Shown piece after piece: positions 49,130 to 62,100 of a stretch of 64,000 nucleotides of DNA. The notes under the pieces are model-generated. The model was not told where the DNA came from. It searched no databases and worked only from the letters and a program-made list of their open reading frames with translations. This DNA comes from Asterias rubens (Eukaryota): NCBI RefSeq assembly GCF_902459465.1, contig NC_047074.1, positions 14,694,001 through 14,758,000 on the forward strand. The letters are read 5' to 3'. The position numbers were made by a program, and so were the translations under genes. Within the stretch, counting starts at the first letter, position 1, and the number at the start of each line of letters is the position of its first letter.

Positions 49130-51551
49130 ACTTCATCTCAGTTCAGAGTAGAGACCGCCCCGGCTCATATCAGAGCCAACACTCCCACAAAAGAGATTTA
49201 CACATGGTTTTGGGGTACCTCGTTTATGTTGACCTCGTGGCATGAGGTTTGCCCAGTGGTTTGAGTCTTTCACATCAGTGGACCTCGGTTCATACCCTAC
49301 CTCAGACCTGAAGCTTTGCACGTGGATGTGAGTTTTTCAATCTCTAGACTGCGTTGATGTCCAAGATGCATGATAAAATGTAAGCAACTTAATACTTGTG
49401 TTTACTTTGAACACTTTGTGTCAATTAAGAGAGCCTTGCGATAGAACAAACCCTGTTCCCAGAGGCTATATATAGCCTCACGTTTAGACACTAAATATGC
49501 TGACAAAACAGCGTTCCACAGTTTCAAGATAGGACAATAAGGCATTATGAGGTATGGGGGACACAACAGGTTTGGGTTTAATTTGTCTGTATACACACAA
49601 ACCAAACAGTGCACTCATAGTGTCCGCCATACCTAAAACAAAAATGCTAATTAGGCTGACTTGCTGCTTATTACTGAACCATCGTGTGTATATCACACTC
49701 CTACTATTTTGCTTTTGTAATTTAGACATAAATGTGCGTTATTGCATTATTGTATTGTGGCAGCATTAGAATATATGTTACTGAATGAATGGAATGTATG
49801 TATGTATATGCGCACTCCACAAGAACCGTCGCAATGCACTCAATACATAATTATATAAAGTAGTCTACCCTGGTCATTGGGCCAATAACATCCCTTTAGT
49901 TCTCAACTCCCTAAGGGAGAATACAGCATTGGCTACCAAAATTTGTTGAATGGTAATCCTTATAATGTACTGGCACTTTCACTTAAGTATTTCGTATCAA
50001 CGTTGATTTCATTAATGTTAAGTTGACGATGTACTCGAACCGGATCCGATTTGTTCTTTACGGTCGAATTTCGGATGTTGTCGTGTCGCTACAGATCCGT
50101 ACGATGCAAACCAATTGATCTGAATGGCACGTGACCATTCATTTATTTTGCACAAAATGGCGCCAAAAGCTCCCACCTCTAAGGTAGTATCCAACCTGAG
50201 AAATGCATCAGTTGCGACTTGACAACAAAATAATGTAGCCCAAATGCAAACAAATGGAATTCAGTTAATTAATTAAATGGGTAAAAAGTAATTTGTAAAA
50301 TGCATTAGAAATGTCTACATCGAAAAAGAAAGCATTTATGAGCAGTATTACAGATGAGCATAATAGGCAGAAACATTGAGTCAATTTAATCGTGCGTATA
50401 CACTATAGTGTTATTAATGTTGCAAAATGCTGTATAAAACTTTGATAGTCCATCAAACTGTTGTTTAGATGTATCTTACTGTTCACTATCTATTTATTTA
50501 AGTCTCACATACTGTAATTATGTTGAATTATAAACAATGACATGGAGCTGATATCACTCCAAATTATTAGAAATAAAAGAAAACAAGAAAAAAAATACCT
50601 AGAAATAATTCAGACATGATATTTGGTCCTTGAAACAAAAGTAGGAAAAAGTTTGAAAACATGGGTTGACCTACAACACGTTGTTTAAGAATTAATTGTT
50701 TTGTATTGTCCCGAATTTTATTCCCAATTCGGAACAAACCCCATACACTGGGGGTAGGGTTACAACAATAACAAAATTTAAACTTATTATACAACAAAGA
50801 AGGAGAGGTAAGCAAGATCAATTAATATTATGTTTGGGTTTCCTTTAACAAAAAGCAGAATTATCAAATCTTTTCTGATTTGTTCTAAATGCAAAACAAC
50901 CAGACTAAGGTATAGGAAGAGTATCATACCTGAAAAATAACATATAAGCACCTAGATATAACATCTATTTATAGGCGTAAAAAACGCATTAACCTTTACA
51001 ATGTAACCATTAAAAGACAATCAAGTTTCGTTTCAATGGCATTTCACATTTTATTGAAACTCGCACCTTTCTCACAAATTTGGTCACCAAAGATTCATTT
51101 GAAGTTATTTTGGCAGTAGGGAAACAACTTCAGTATTATTAACGGTAATCTCGCACTCAATACTAACATTTTAATTGCTTTAATAAAAAGAACTGGCAAA
51201 AGATGACGTGTGTTTTATAAAAGAAAGAAACAAATAGCGTGTCACGCGTGCAAGAAAAACAAATGACTACAATTATTTTTAAACAAAGCAATTACTCAAT
51301 TTGATTGGTGTATTGTGTGTAATATTAAATAAACAACTATAATAACATGAATAAGACCATTCATCTAGCGCTTACCAATGGGAACTGCATACTCTATGCT
51401 GAATTCAACAGTTTAAAAGTTAAACAGATATGTTTTGACAAGGGGTTTAAAAATGTTCTGACGTTTCAGCCCTTCTGACAAATTCTGAATATGATTTGGT
51501 TTTACCCTTACAAAAAAGAACAGTGTGAGAACAATCCACATGCAAATCAAT

Positions 51552-51616
51552 AGTGTGGGATTCCAACCCACGACTTTTGCAATTCTAGAGCAGTGTCTTA
51601 CCAACTCGACCACAAG
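51552..51616 (-). mobile_element. tRNA-derived SINE head
   Basis: Minus strand TTGTGGTCGAGTTGGTAAGACACTGCTCTAGAATTGCAAAAGTCGTGGGTTGGAATCCCAC. Relatives at about 17120-17175 (-) and 61935-62000 (+). Confidence 0.7.
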
Positions 51617-51627
51617 GAGCTTCGAAC

Positions 51628-53676
51628 TAGTTAACATTGCTAAATAGGGAGACTGCCAACAATAGGGCTAGGTAGTTAACATTGCTAAATAGGGAGACTG
51701 CCAACACTAGGGCTAGGTAGTTAACATTGCTAAATAGGGAGACTGCCAACAATAGGGCTAGGTAGTTAACATTGCTAAATAGGGAGACTGCCAACACTAG
51801 GGCTAGGTAGTTAACATTGCTAAATAGGGAGACTGCCAACACTAGGGCTAGGTAGTTAACATTGCTAAAAGGGAGACTGCCAACACAAGGGCTAGGTAGT
51901 TAACATTGCTAAATAGGGAGACTGCCAACACTAGGGCTAGGTAGTTAACATTGCTAAATAGGGAGACTGCCAACACTAGGGCTAGGTAGTTAACATTGCT
52001 AAATAGGGAGACTGCCAACACTAGGGCTAGGTAGTTAACATTGCTAAATAGGGAGACTGCCAACACTAGGGCTAGGTAGTTAACATTGCTAAATAGGGAG
52101 ACTGCCAACACTAGGGCTAGGTAGTTAACATTGCTAAATAGGGAGACTGCCAACACTAGGGCTAGGTAGTTAACATTGCTAAATAGGGAGACTGCCAACA
52201 CTAGGGCTAGGTAGTTAACATTGCTAAATAGGGAGACTGCCAACACTAGGGCTAGGTAGTTAACATTGCTAAATAGGGAGACTGCCAACACTAGGGCTAG
52301 GTAGTTAACATTGCTAAATAGGGAGACTGCCAACACTAGGGCTAGGTAGTTAACATTGCTAAATAGGGAGACTGCCAACACTAGGGCTAGGTAGTTAACA
52401 TTGCTAAATAGGGAGACTGCCAACACTAGGGCTAGGTAGTTAACATTGCTAAATAGGGAGACTGCCAACACTTACTAGGGCTAGGTAGTTAACATTGCTA
52501 AATAGGGAGACTGCCACACTACTAGGGCTAGGTAGTTAACATTGCTAAATAGGGAGACTGCCAACACTAGGGCTAGGTAGTTAACATTGCTAAATAGGGA
52601 GACTGCCAACACTTACTAGGGCTAGGTAGTTAACATTGCTAAATAGGGAGACTGCCAACACTAGGGCTAGGTAGTTAACATTGCTAAATAGGGAGACTGC
52701 CAACACTAGGGCTAGGTAGTTAACATTGCTAAATAGGGAGACTGCCAACACTAGGGCTAGGTAGTTAACATTGCTAAATAGGGAGACTGCCAACAATAGG
52801 GCTAGGTAGTTAACATTGCTAAATAGGGAGACTGCCAACACTTACTAGGGCTAGGTAGTTAACATTGCTAAATAGGGAGACTGCCAACACTTACTAGGGC
52901 TAGGTAGTTAACATTGCTAAATAGGGAGACTGCCAACACTAGGGCTAGGTAGTTAACATTGCTAAATAGGGAGACTGCCAACACTTACTAGGGCTAGGTA
53001 GTTAACATTGCTAAATAGGGAGACTGCCAACACTAGGGCTAGGTAGTTAACATTGCTAAATAGGGAGACTGCCAACACTAGGGCTAGGTAGTTAACATTG
53101 CTAAATAGGGAGACTGCCAACACTAGGGCTAGGTAGTTAACATTGCTAAATAGGGAGACTGCCAACACTAGGGCTAGGTAGTTAACATTGCTAAATAGGG
53201 AGACTGCCAACACTAGGGCTAGGTAGTTAACATTGCTAAATAGGGAGACTGCCAACACTAGGGCTAGGTAGTTAACATTGCTAAATAGGGAGACTGCCAA
53301 CACTAGGGCTAGGTAGTTAACATTGCTAAATAGGGAGACTGCCAACACTAGGGCTAGGTAGTTAACATTGCTAAATAGGGAGACTGCCAACACTAGGGCT
53401 AGGTAGTTAACATTGCTAAATAGGGAGACTGCCAACACTAGGGCTAGGTAGTTAACATTGCTAAATAGGGAGACTGCCAACACTAGGGCTAGGTAGTTAA
53501 CATTGCTAAATAGGGAGACTGCCAACACTAGGGCTAGGTAGTTAACATTGCTAAATAGGGAGACTGCCAACACTAGGGCTAGGTAGTTAACATTGCTAAA
53601 TAGGGAGACTGCCAACACTAGGGCTAGGTAGTTAACATTGCTAAATAGGGAGACTGCCAACACTAGGGCTAGGTAG
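51628..53676. repeat. 45-bp satellite array, about 45 nearly identical copies
   Basis: Unit TAGTTAACATTGCTAAATAGGGAGACTGCCAACACTAGGGCTAGG. Only a few substitutions and several +4-bp (CTTA) variants between about 52470 and 52990. Confidence 0.98.
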
Positions 53677-53740
53677 CTCAGTTGGTAAAGTGAGGAGCTT
53701 AAAATCCCACTTTAGTTAATTAATCTTCGTTGAACCCCCC
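53664..53740 (+). mobile_element. Internally deleted tRNA-like SINE contiguous with the last satellite unit
   Basis: GGGCTAGGTAGCTCAGTTGGTAAAG (A-box) ... AATCCCACTTTAGTTAATT...TTCGTTGAACCC, homologous to 33600-33650 and 60095-60190. Confidence 0.7.
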
Positions 53741-53760
53741 CCCCACACACATACACACAC

Positions 53761-53802
<42 letters not shown>
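53761..53802. repeat. (AAT)n microsatellite
   Basis: Uninterrupted AAT run following a short (CA)n tract. Confidence 0.95.
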
Positions 53803-53806
<4 letters not shown>

Positions 53807-54788
53807 TCAAAAATAAACGGAGTAGTATAACTCCACATCAAGAGAAACACATAATAATAAAATAAATAAATAAATAATACTAAGATTGATACAGTTAGTA
53901 CAATAATTAATGAACGATAGGCCCACAAACTAATAAATGAAAACATTTTAATTTGGCAAAATTGTATTAACTAGATTGTTTAGTGTATTTCAGTTAAATG
54001 TAAGCAGTGAACGATTACACATGAACAGAGTAGCAAAATACTACACCAATTTATGTCAATTGCTATACTAACAAATCACCATTTGCTACTCCATTCAGTA
54101 TGCACAAAACAAGTTCAGTACAAAATTGTAATTTAAAATTGTTGGACGAATCGTTCCCTGATAAGTATATACAATAAAAGGCTTGTGTTTATTATTATTA
54201 TTAATATCAAATAATATAAAGACTAAGTAAACCATGTGGAAGCACTTTAAGTATTGGTCAACGGTTATAGGCCTAAAGGCCTAAAGGTAGAGCCTACTTT
54301 GTGCAATTACGAAGTAAGAAGTAAGGCTGGACAAAATGTAAGGTTGTAATATACTTCTTTGAACTTAGTGCATTAGATGCTGAAACGGTGTTCTATGTGT
54401 ATTCATTGTAGTGGATTTAAATATGTTAATTGTATTGTAGTTTAGAATTAATTATTTCTTGACAATCTACAATCGTACTCCATTATTAAGAGCAAGTTAT
54501 ATACATTTGTACATGTAGAGGTTGTATTGAAACGAGTACATGTACATTATGAAGTTCAGAATCTCTTGTTTGCTTTACAATATTCATTGTGGTTTATACT
54601 GATAACATTCCTTTTTGTTCCAATAATATTTATTTGTTTCGTTGGATATCATTATATATTCAGGGAAGCAGTGAAGGGACATCGTTCGAATTCAGGTCAT
54701 AAGACTTGTGTCATTGAACAAAACACTCAACTAATAATGGTAATTGCTTCTAGATGCATACACGAATGCAGAGATGGTTCGTGTGATT

Positions 54789-54955
54789 GATTTAGCTAAT
54801 TGATAATTGAGCTTAGAAGGTTTAAAGAATGAATGTAATGGCTTGATTTAGCTAAGTGATACTTGAACTGAAAAGGTTTAAAGAATGAATGTAATGGCTT
54901 GATTTAGCTAAGTGATAATTGAGCTTACAAGGTTTAAAGAATGAATGTAATGGCC
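54789..54955. repeat. 56-bp tandem repeat, 3 copies
   Basis: GATTTAGCTAA at 54789, 54845 and 54901. Confidence 0.9.
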
Positions 54956-56175
54956 AAGTGACATATCAAGGGGGTAATGATGTTTGAACTGCTTTAAGAC
55001 GAGCACTATATAAATACTGTTTAATATTATTATTGAGAGGGGAGAGAGAAAGAAGAAGTCATAATCATAACTTTCTCAGAATTGTGACTTATATCTCATA
55101 ATTATGATAAATGTCTCACAATCATGACTTAGAAAAACACAATAATAACTTCTGAATTAAATCTCACACATGTATATTAGCGTTTGTCATTTGTTCAATT
55201 AAGTCATATTTGGGATATACATTATACCTTTTATTTTGACTCATAAAAAGTCACAACTATGAATTTCTCTTTCTCTCTTGTCTCCCAATTTCTTAAAACA
55301 AATCATATTAAATAAATAAATAAATAAATAATAAATAAAATAAAACTATAACTGCTGTATAGGCATTTAACAGCAATTTAATTGACGTCAAGCCCTTATT
55401 ATCAAATGATAATAAAAAAAGTATTTTTATACCAAAGTAATTACAAACCTGAGGCTGCTTTTACAGAACAATGACTATGTTAGTACATATTGAAAAGGCA
55501 CAATCTCCAAGTGCAAACAAAATGCACTGAAAAAAAAACCTACCAAGGCACTTTGCATTTCAGTTATGTTTGCATCTTCGTGTTGAATGTAAAAATATCA
55601 AAGAACCAAACCCCATTATCTACGCTGTATATGCATTTGATAAACCAATTTAAATTTACCTCACGCCCTACAGTAAAATGATTTAAACAAAAATGCTTAT
55701 TTTACCAAACTAATTGTGTACCTGAGGCAACTTTCAGACAACAATGGCTATGCTAGTACAATGTACATACATGCTGAAGATGCCACTCTTGAGTACAAAC
55801 ACAGCCCAATGAACCATTATAGAGGTAACATTGTATAAATAATGAGGCACATTGTGTGGAGGAAACCAAGAGCAACACCAAGCGCACCTTGGTTACCGAA
55901 AGGATCAACATTTTTAGTAAAAACCCAGGCTGGTCGGAACTAGCCTTAGGACCATGGTTTTATCCATGGTCCCAATAGCCTGTTCCATGCTAACATGTGT
56001 AAAGCACAGAGGGGAACCAGTGACACAATATAGTGAAAAGGCAGAAGGCAACCGATTGGGGGGAAGGGGGTGGTTAAAAAAACGGATTTCCAGAGAAATC
56101 ACACCACATCCCTGAATTAATGTCAGCATCTTCAACAAAATTAAATGGCTCTGTATTTTTCACTTACGGAAGATT

Positions 56176-59100
56176 TTAGTTTCGAGTTATTCTTCCTCCA
56201 GCAACTTTCCTTTGAGTTGATGTTGAGGCAGTGACTTGTCTTGTAGGCCTTGTAGCAGCAGTCACCTTCTGAGATCTTGAAGTCCTTGACACTTGGCTCT
56301 TTAGAAAACAAAAAAAAGTTTGGTGTAATTTCAAGCTTTGGTATGGTTATCAATCGGACATCCCCTAGGGCTTTGCACTTCGGAGTAAATACTTGCCATG
56401 TGGCAAATGTTAGTGTTTAGCCGGTTCATACTTCCTGCGAATGCGATAACAATTTTGACGGTACAGCCCTGTTTTCGCAGCGAATGTTTCGCATGAGTTG
56501 AGCACAGCAAATTTTTCGTTGCGAAGGTGTGGCATCAACATTTGTATCACATTTGCAGGAAGTTTGAACCAAGCTTACTGGCCCTCACTTCAGGCCTTTA
56601 AAGAGGCGTTATGTAATGGTACTATGCACATATAATAAAGTCAGTGTTTCTTGTCACATCAAAGAATATGTTTTACTGTCATTTATTCCTTTTCAGAACC
56701 ACCCCAACTCATTGAGAGATAGTTATTACATGGTGTTACCGCAAACTTTTCTATATCTTACTTCCACCATGCAAAGTTTCAAATCCTACCTATTCCCGTT
56801 GTATTTAATTTCTATGTTAATTTCTGCATCGGCGATAAAGAATATAATTTGTTTTTTTTAACTTGACACAGATGAGTTATAAGCACTGTATACTTGAGCA
56901 CATAACAAAAATCTGGTCCACAGTATTTGCCTGTGGATTTTTTTTCAGAACTTGTTAAAGTTTCGACTCCCTCTGAGTATACAGTTCTGTACACAATGGT
57001 GTTTAAGTGTAAAACCAAAATAAATTCATGTTACATTTCTTCTTCTTCTTCATGTACATGTATAAGTAGGAATGGTAAACAAAGCTGTTACCTGAATGGT
57101 ACTTTGAAGTTTAGGTTTGGCAGACTGTTTGTCGATACTTTGCCTGCCTCCAGTAGCGGAGCTTTTGGACTTCTGATCAGCTCTTGTCTGAGAGTGATGA
57201 GGCATTCCTTTTGTTTGATTTGTCTTGGAGTTTCCTTGAGAGTGTGAAACCGGTTGTGACCCACGGTCTCCCTGTGACGCCTGGTTTGGCCTAGGGTTTA
57301 CATGGGTGTGTGATGTCTGGTTTACCCCAGGGTCTACCTGGGTGTGTGACGTCTGGTGTGCCCCATGGTTTAACATGCCTTGCCTGGTGAGGACAGCATT
57401 AGCAGCATGTCCTTGGGATTGATTTGAGGGTACCAGTTCCTGCCAAGTCACCATTCCTGAAAAATAAACAAAAGAGGCCTGTAAGGTATGATCCGGGAAT
57501 AATGAAAACGGAACTCTAACATTTGTGCAGTTCAGTTGAGTAAAAATTTGCAAATTGTTATTATTATTTTTTATTGTAGAATTTTAGTGATGAAATCAAG
57601 GTTGCTCATAAGTGAATTTAGTCACCGTAGCTCGCAAGCCTTAGGAAACCCTTCAAACAATTATTGCTCTGCTAACCCAAAACCCCTTTTCTTCCACGGT
57701 AAGTTTTCTGAGTTCTTTTACGTACACTACTAATCCTAGTACACATGACCCATGAGTTTCATGTCCCATCCAAAGGACAAAGCAATGATGGTAAATCTTG
57801 CTCAAGGATACAAGTGCCAGGACCAGGACACGAACCCACACTCCACTGATCAGAAACATCAGAGCTTGAGTCTGGTGCTCTTAACCGCTCAACCACGACA
57901 CACCACATCAGAAAAATAATAAACAATTTGCTCACAGTTACGGATTTCTTTTAACCTTGTCTTTATCCTGAAATCACTTAGTATAGTGCTCACCCTCTTT
58001 TTGATTTGAGATTCTGACTGTTTCCTTGGTCACAACCTGCCTACTGTCTGTAGTGATGTGTGAACCGTTCTCTGCTAGGTCGGGAGGTTGCTGTAAGAGC
58101 TGGCAGATTAAAAGAGAAAACACATGTCCTAATGTTGAAAGAGATTGCCCTTTAACAAAGAAACTGTTCTTGTTCCTGTTTATGTTATGTTTTTCTGTCC
58201 TAAGGCATCTAAACATAAGCCTCGGCTTCCAGATGATGCCTCCATATTTTTTTTCTCTGCCTCGTTAAATAATATACAAATATTGAGTGGCTCAGAGTGG
58301 AATGGGAGGAATATTATCGCAAGGTAAAATTTGGACTGTTCCATTTCACGAGGCAAAGCTGAGTGAAATTCCAAGCTCAGTCCAAATTTTACCGAGCGAT
58401 AATATTCCTTCCATTCCACGAATTAAAGCCACTCAATATTTGTTTTATATAACTGACATATAGATCATTGTCATTTGATGCATTTTAAAAGTATAACATT
58501 ATGAAAAATCACCATAAATTACTGTAAACCAAAAATCGTATAGCGCCGCGTAGCGGCAACAATGCACAAATCGGATCATTGTTACATTATGACTAGAGAA
58601 ATCAAACCAAACATCATGGCCCAGTTTCTTAAAGCTGTTAGCAATATTCTTGGCTAACAAAGAAATGACTGCGGTGAAAGTTGCAGCAATGTTAAGTGTA
58701 TTGTGTTCTGGCTGGTTACCTACTTCTGCTATACAAAAACAATTGCTATGCTTAGCATGACTTTGTGCTTACAGGTTTGAAATTGGTCCCATGTCTTTTC
58801 CAGACAGTATACAAAATGAAAGACAAAATTGATATAAATGCATTTTCATGAAACAAGAAAACTATCTGTTATCAACTTACCATCTGTATGTAATGCTGGA
58901 GAGCTGATTGTCTTTCCTTATGTTCAGCTAGTCTCTCAAGTAGAATATTAGAACTTCAAATTAAAACAATAATAATAATTAATTATCTGTCAAGGAGGAT
59001 TGCATTGTATAGGATGAGTAAGAAGTACAGTACAAAATGGAAGAGCATTTATTTATGATAAATAAGGATTGAGGTGCGTTGAAATGATGACATTTTCACC

Positions 59101-62100
59101 TTTTGGTAACCTCTGGGGTTAAAGGAACACGTTGCCTTGGATCGCTCGAGTTGGTCTTTGAAAAGCGTTTGTAACCAAAATGTTTGACTCCCATAAATGG
59201 CCGACCGTGTTAGTTCGCAAAGTAAAAGGAAAACCATGCACATTTGTGTGGATCATTGTATTCTACTTTTAAATCATATTTCTAACCATCTGCATTTAAT
59301 AACAAATGGTTCCAAACGCTTTTCAAAGACCAACTCGAGTGATCCAAGGCAACGTGTTCCTTCAACATTTCAGAGCTTTTGGGAAGTGTCCTAGGCTCTG
59401 AAGAAGTAGACCGTAAAGCAGATTTATTTACATAAAGAACAAAATGGTTCAACATGTCCACATATTTCCTTAATGTTGAATATACAAATAAGAAAATAAC
59501 AACCAAATAAAAATGCATGTAATAATTTGAAGCATGTACCTTTCATGAGGAATGGGGCCTGATTCCAACTCACAACTAGTATCATCTTCACTGGGATAAG
59601 CTGCAATAGAATCTAAACAAAGCAGGACATCAAATGAAAAAAAGGTAAATGGCTGGATGTTTCCACGCTAGAAGAATCTTTCTCAAAGAGGCTTAGCCTT
59701 TGAGAAATACTTGTAAGGCCATCAACAATTGCATTACCAAAGGTCATTTTGGTTGGTAAGCATTGTACAACAACTATACTATTTTCTCAAAATCAAAAAT
59801 TATCTACAATATGAATTATATCTAGGATGAATTCAATAGAAATGTTGTGTTATAATTTTGTTTTACAAATATCACACAATGTAAAAATCATTTAATTTGA
59901 TAATAAAACAAACATCACTTGAATACAAATATAAAGCAATAAAAAGAGCTAGGGAAACTGAGGGGATAAACATAAACAAAATAAAGGGTTGAACAAAGAA
60001 AAATAGACTTAGAGTAATGGCAGGTGTGGCGTCTGACTTGCACCCCAAGGAAAGCCAAGATGGTGACAAACTAGGAAAACCATCAACATTAATGCTGGAT
60101 AGCTTGGATGGTAGAGCGCCATTACATTAAACCAGAGGTTGCAGTTTCAAGTCCGACTGTCACTCTAGTCAATTGGTCTTTGTTCGACCCACAATTCATA
60201 CAAACATGTGATAAGGCCTATCAAATACAACACAAAACTTAGCAGAGATCAAGTTAACAAGAAAATCTGTTCATTGTAGTTTTTCAGATAAAAGGTCAGT
60301 CGCAACTGCAAAGTAATAAAACACACAAGCAATCAATAATAACGATATTAAGGAGCCTTTACAAGACACAAGAAACAATTTACAGGCAACCAGTTTAAGG
60401 CAATCTCCAAGAAGGAAAGGCATTCACATCAATGTTCACATATTTTTCTTGTAGAATTTCTGACAATGTTAAAAAATGACTCATGTGCCAAGAAATGGTC
60501 CTGTAGTATGCACTGCAGTTGGTTGCCTCCAAGTTGCCTGCAAAAGTTGCCTCGTGTGACAAGGCACTTATATAGCGCACATATCCATCAAACAATGCAG
60601 TATTCCATGGAATTACATTCTCAAATACTTGAAAACCTTTTAACTTACTTGTTGTTTTAGTGTCGTCCAATGTCGGCTGGATCTCTCTAAAATCTCTAAA
60701 ATCCTCTTCTCTCTCACCTCGCCCTTCTTTGAGCCCACCCCAACCTCCAGTAACCCGCAAGATGTCACCTAGTGTCACCCCCCCTAGCCCCCTGGGTGTC
60801 ATCCCCTCTAGCCCCCTGGGTGTCACCCCCTCCAGCCCCCTGGGTGTCTCATCCCTGAGAGGTGAACTATGACTCGATGGAGGTGTCATCTTTAACATCT
60901 GTAACCCACTAGAGATCAAATCCTGACTAGGAAAGGTGTTAGCGACAGGGTTGGATTTGATAGATCTTTCCCACTGATCCCCCATGACACCTGTAAAGGT
61001 TATCGGATTAGGATCAGCAACGGGGTACTGGTAATCCTGATGAGAGGACAACTTCTTATCGACCGAAGCAATCACTCCATACTGCCTGTCTTGAGTGTTG
61101 GTAATCACCGGTGCAGGGTACCCAGTGTTTGATACACCGTTGTTGTTTTGGGATGAGAAGCCTTCAACCTTGCCGTCTCTGGTTGCAGATACGTTGTCCA
61201 TAAACTGGGTATAGAGACTGACTGGGATATCTTGTCGATGAGTGAAGTCTCTTAGGTTGTTGTGGGAGGGGTAAGTGGGATTGGTGTGAGGGTTGAATGG
61301 ATCTTGGGAAGGGGGGCTTTGAGATGCCACAGTGGTGGATAATGAGAAGTTGGGGACGTGGAATGAATCGTCTTCTCGACCGTCACCATCCTCGTGCTCT
61401 GAGCAGGGAGAAGAAAACAAATAGGGGTCTTGTCAAAATGAATCCAGGGCAGGTAGTTGGATAACAAATCTCCAACTGTGTTGGATTTCTATTAGACATG
61501 GTTTTACTCACTGAAAGGTACAATATTCCAATGCACTAAAGATTAGTCTTTAAGAATTCTACCTTGTTTGTTATATAGTTCCCTGGCTCCTACTCTTTTT
61601 GGCGTATTTACAAATCTTTAACCCTACTTTTACAGAATTAACATCTTTTAGTATTGTACCTTGTTTGCTGTCTAGTTCCCCGCCTCCTACTCCAACTCCT
61701 CGTTGTGGTGATGATACAGAGATAGTAATAGGGCTCGCTAATGGTCTGGTACCTTTTAATTTATCTGAAACACCACCTCCTAAAAATTCTCTAGTGGATT
61801 TTAAATCCTGGAAAAACAAAAAGAAGAAAAAACCCCATTTATACCTGACCTGACCTTGTGACCTTGCAGAGTGTTTCCTGAAGGGTGAATGACAGCACAA
61901 GACACATACAGGACTCGCCTCTAGCTATCAGGCAATCTTGGTGGTCTTGTTGGTAAGACAATGCTCTAGATTTGCACAAGTCATGGGTTCGAACCCCACC
62001 CTTGTCACACGAAGTTGGGTGCTTTCAGATGCTTGATTTCGAGACCTCAAATTCTAAACTTGAGGTCTCAAAATCAAATTCGTGGAAATCACTTTTTTCT

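Noticed and set aside
51627-53663. Hydrophobic repeat ORFs (VLAVSLFSNVNYLAL)n resembling a membrane protein
   Set aside because: Translation of the 45-bp satellite; interrupted by +4-bp variants and with no silent-site variation pattern.
60395-60648. C-terminal part of ORF 60395-61420 (KLKGFQVFENVIPWN...)
   Set aside because: Lies beyond a consensus donor (AA|GTAAGT at 60649/60648) whose phase fits the next exon; treated as open intron sequence.
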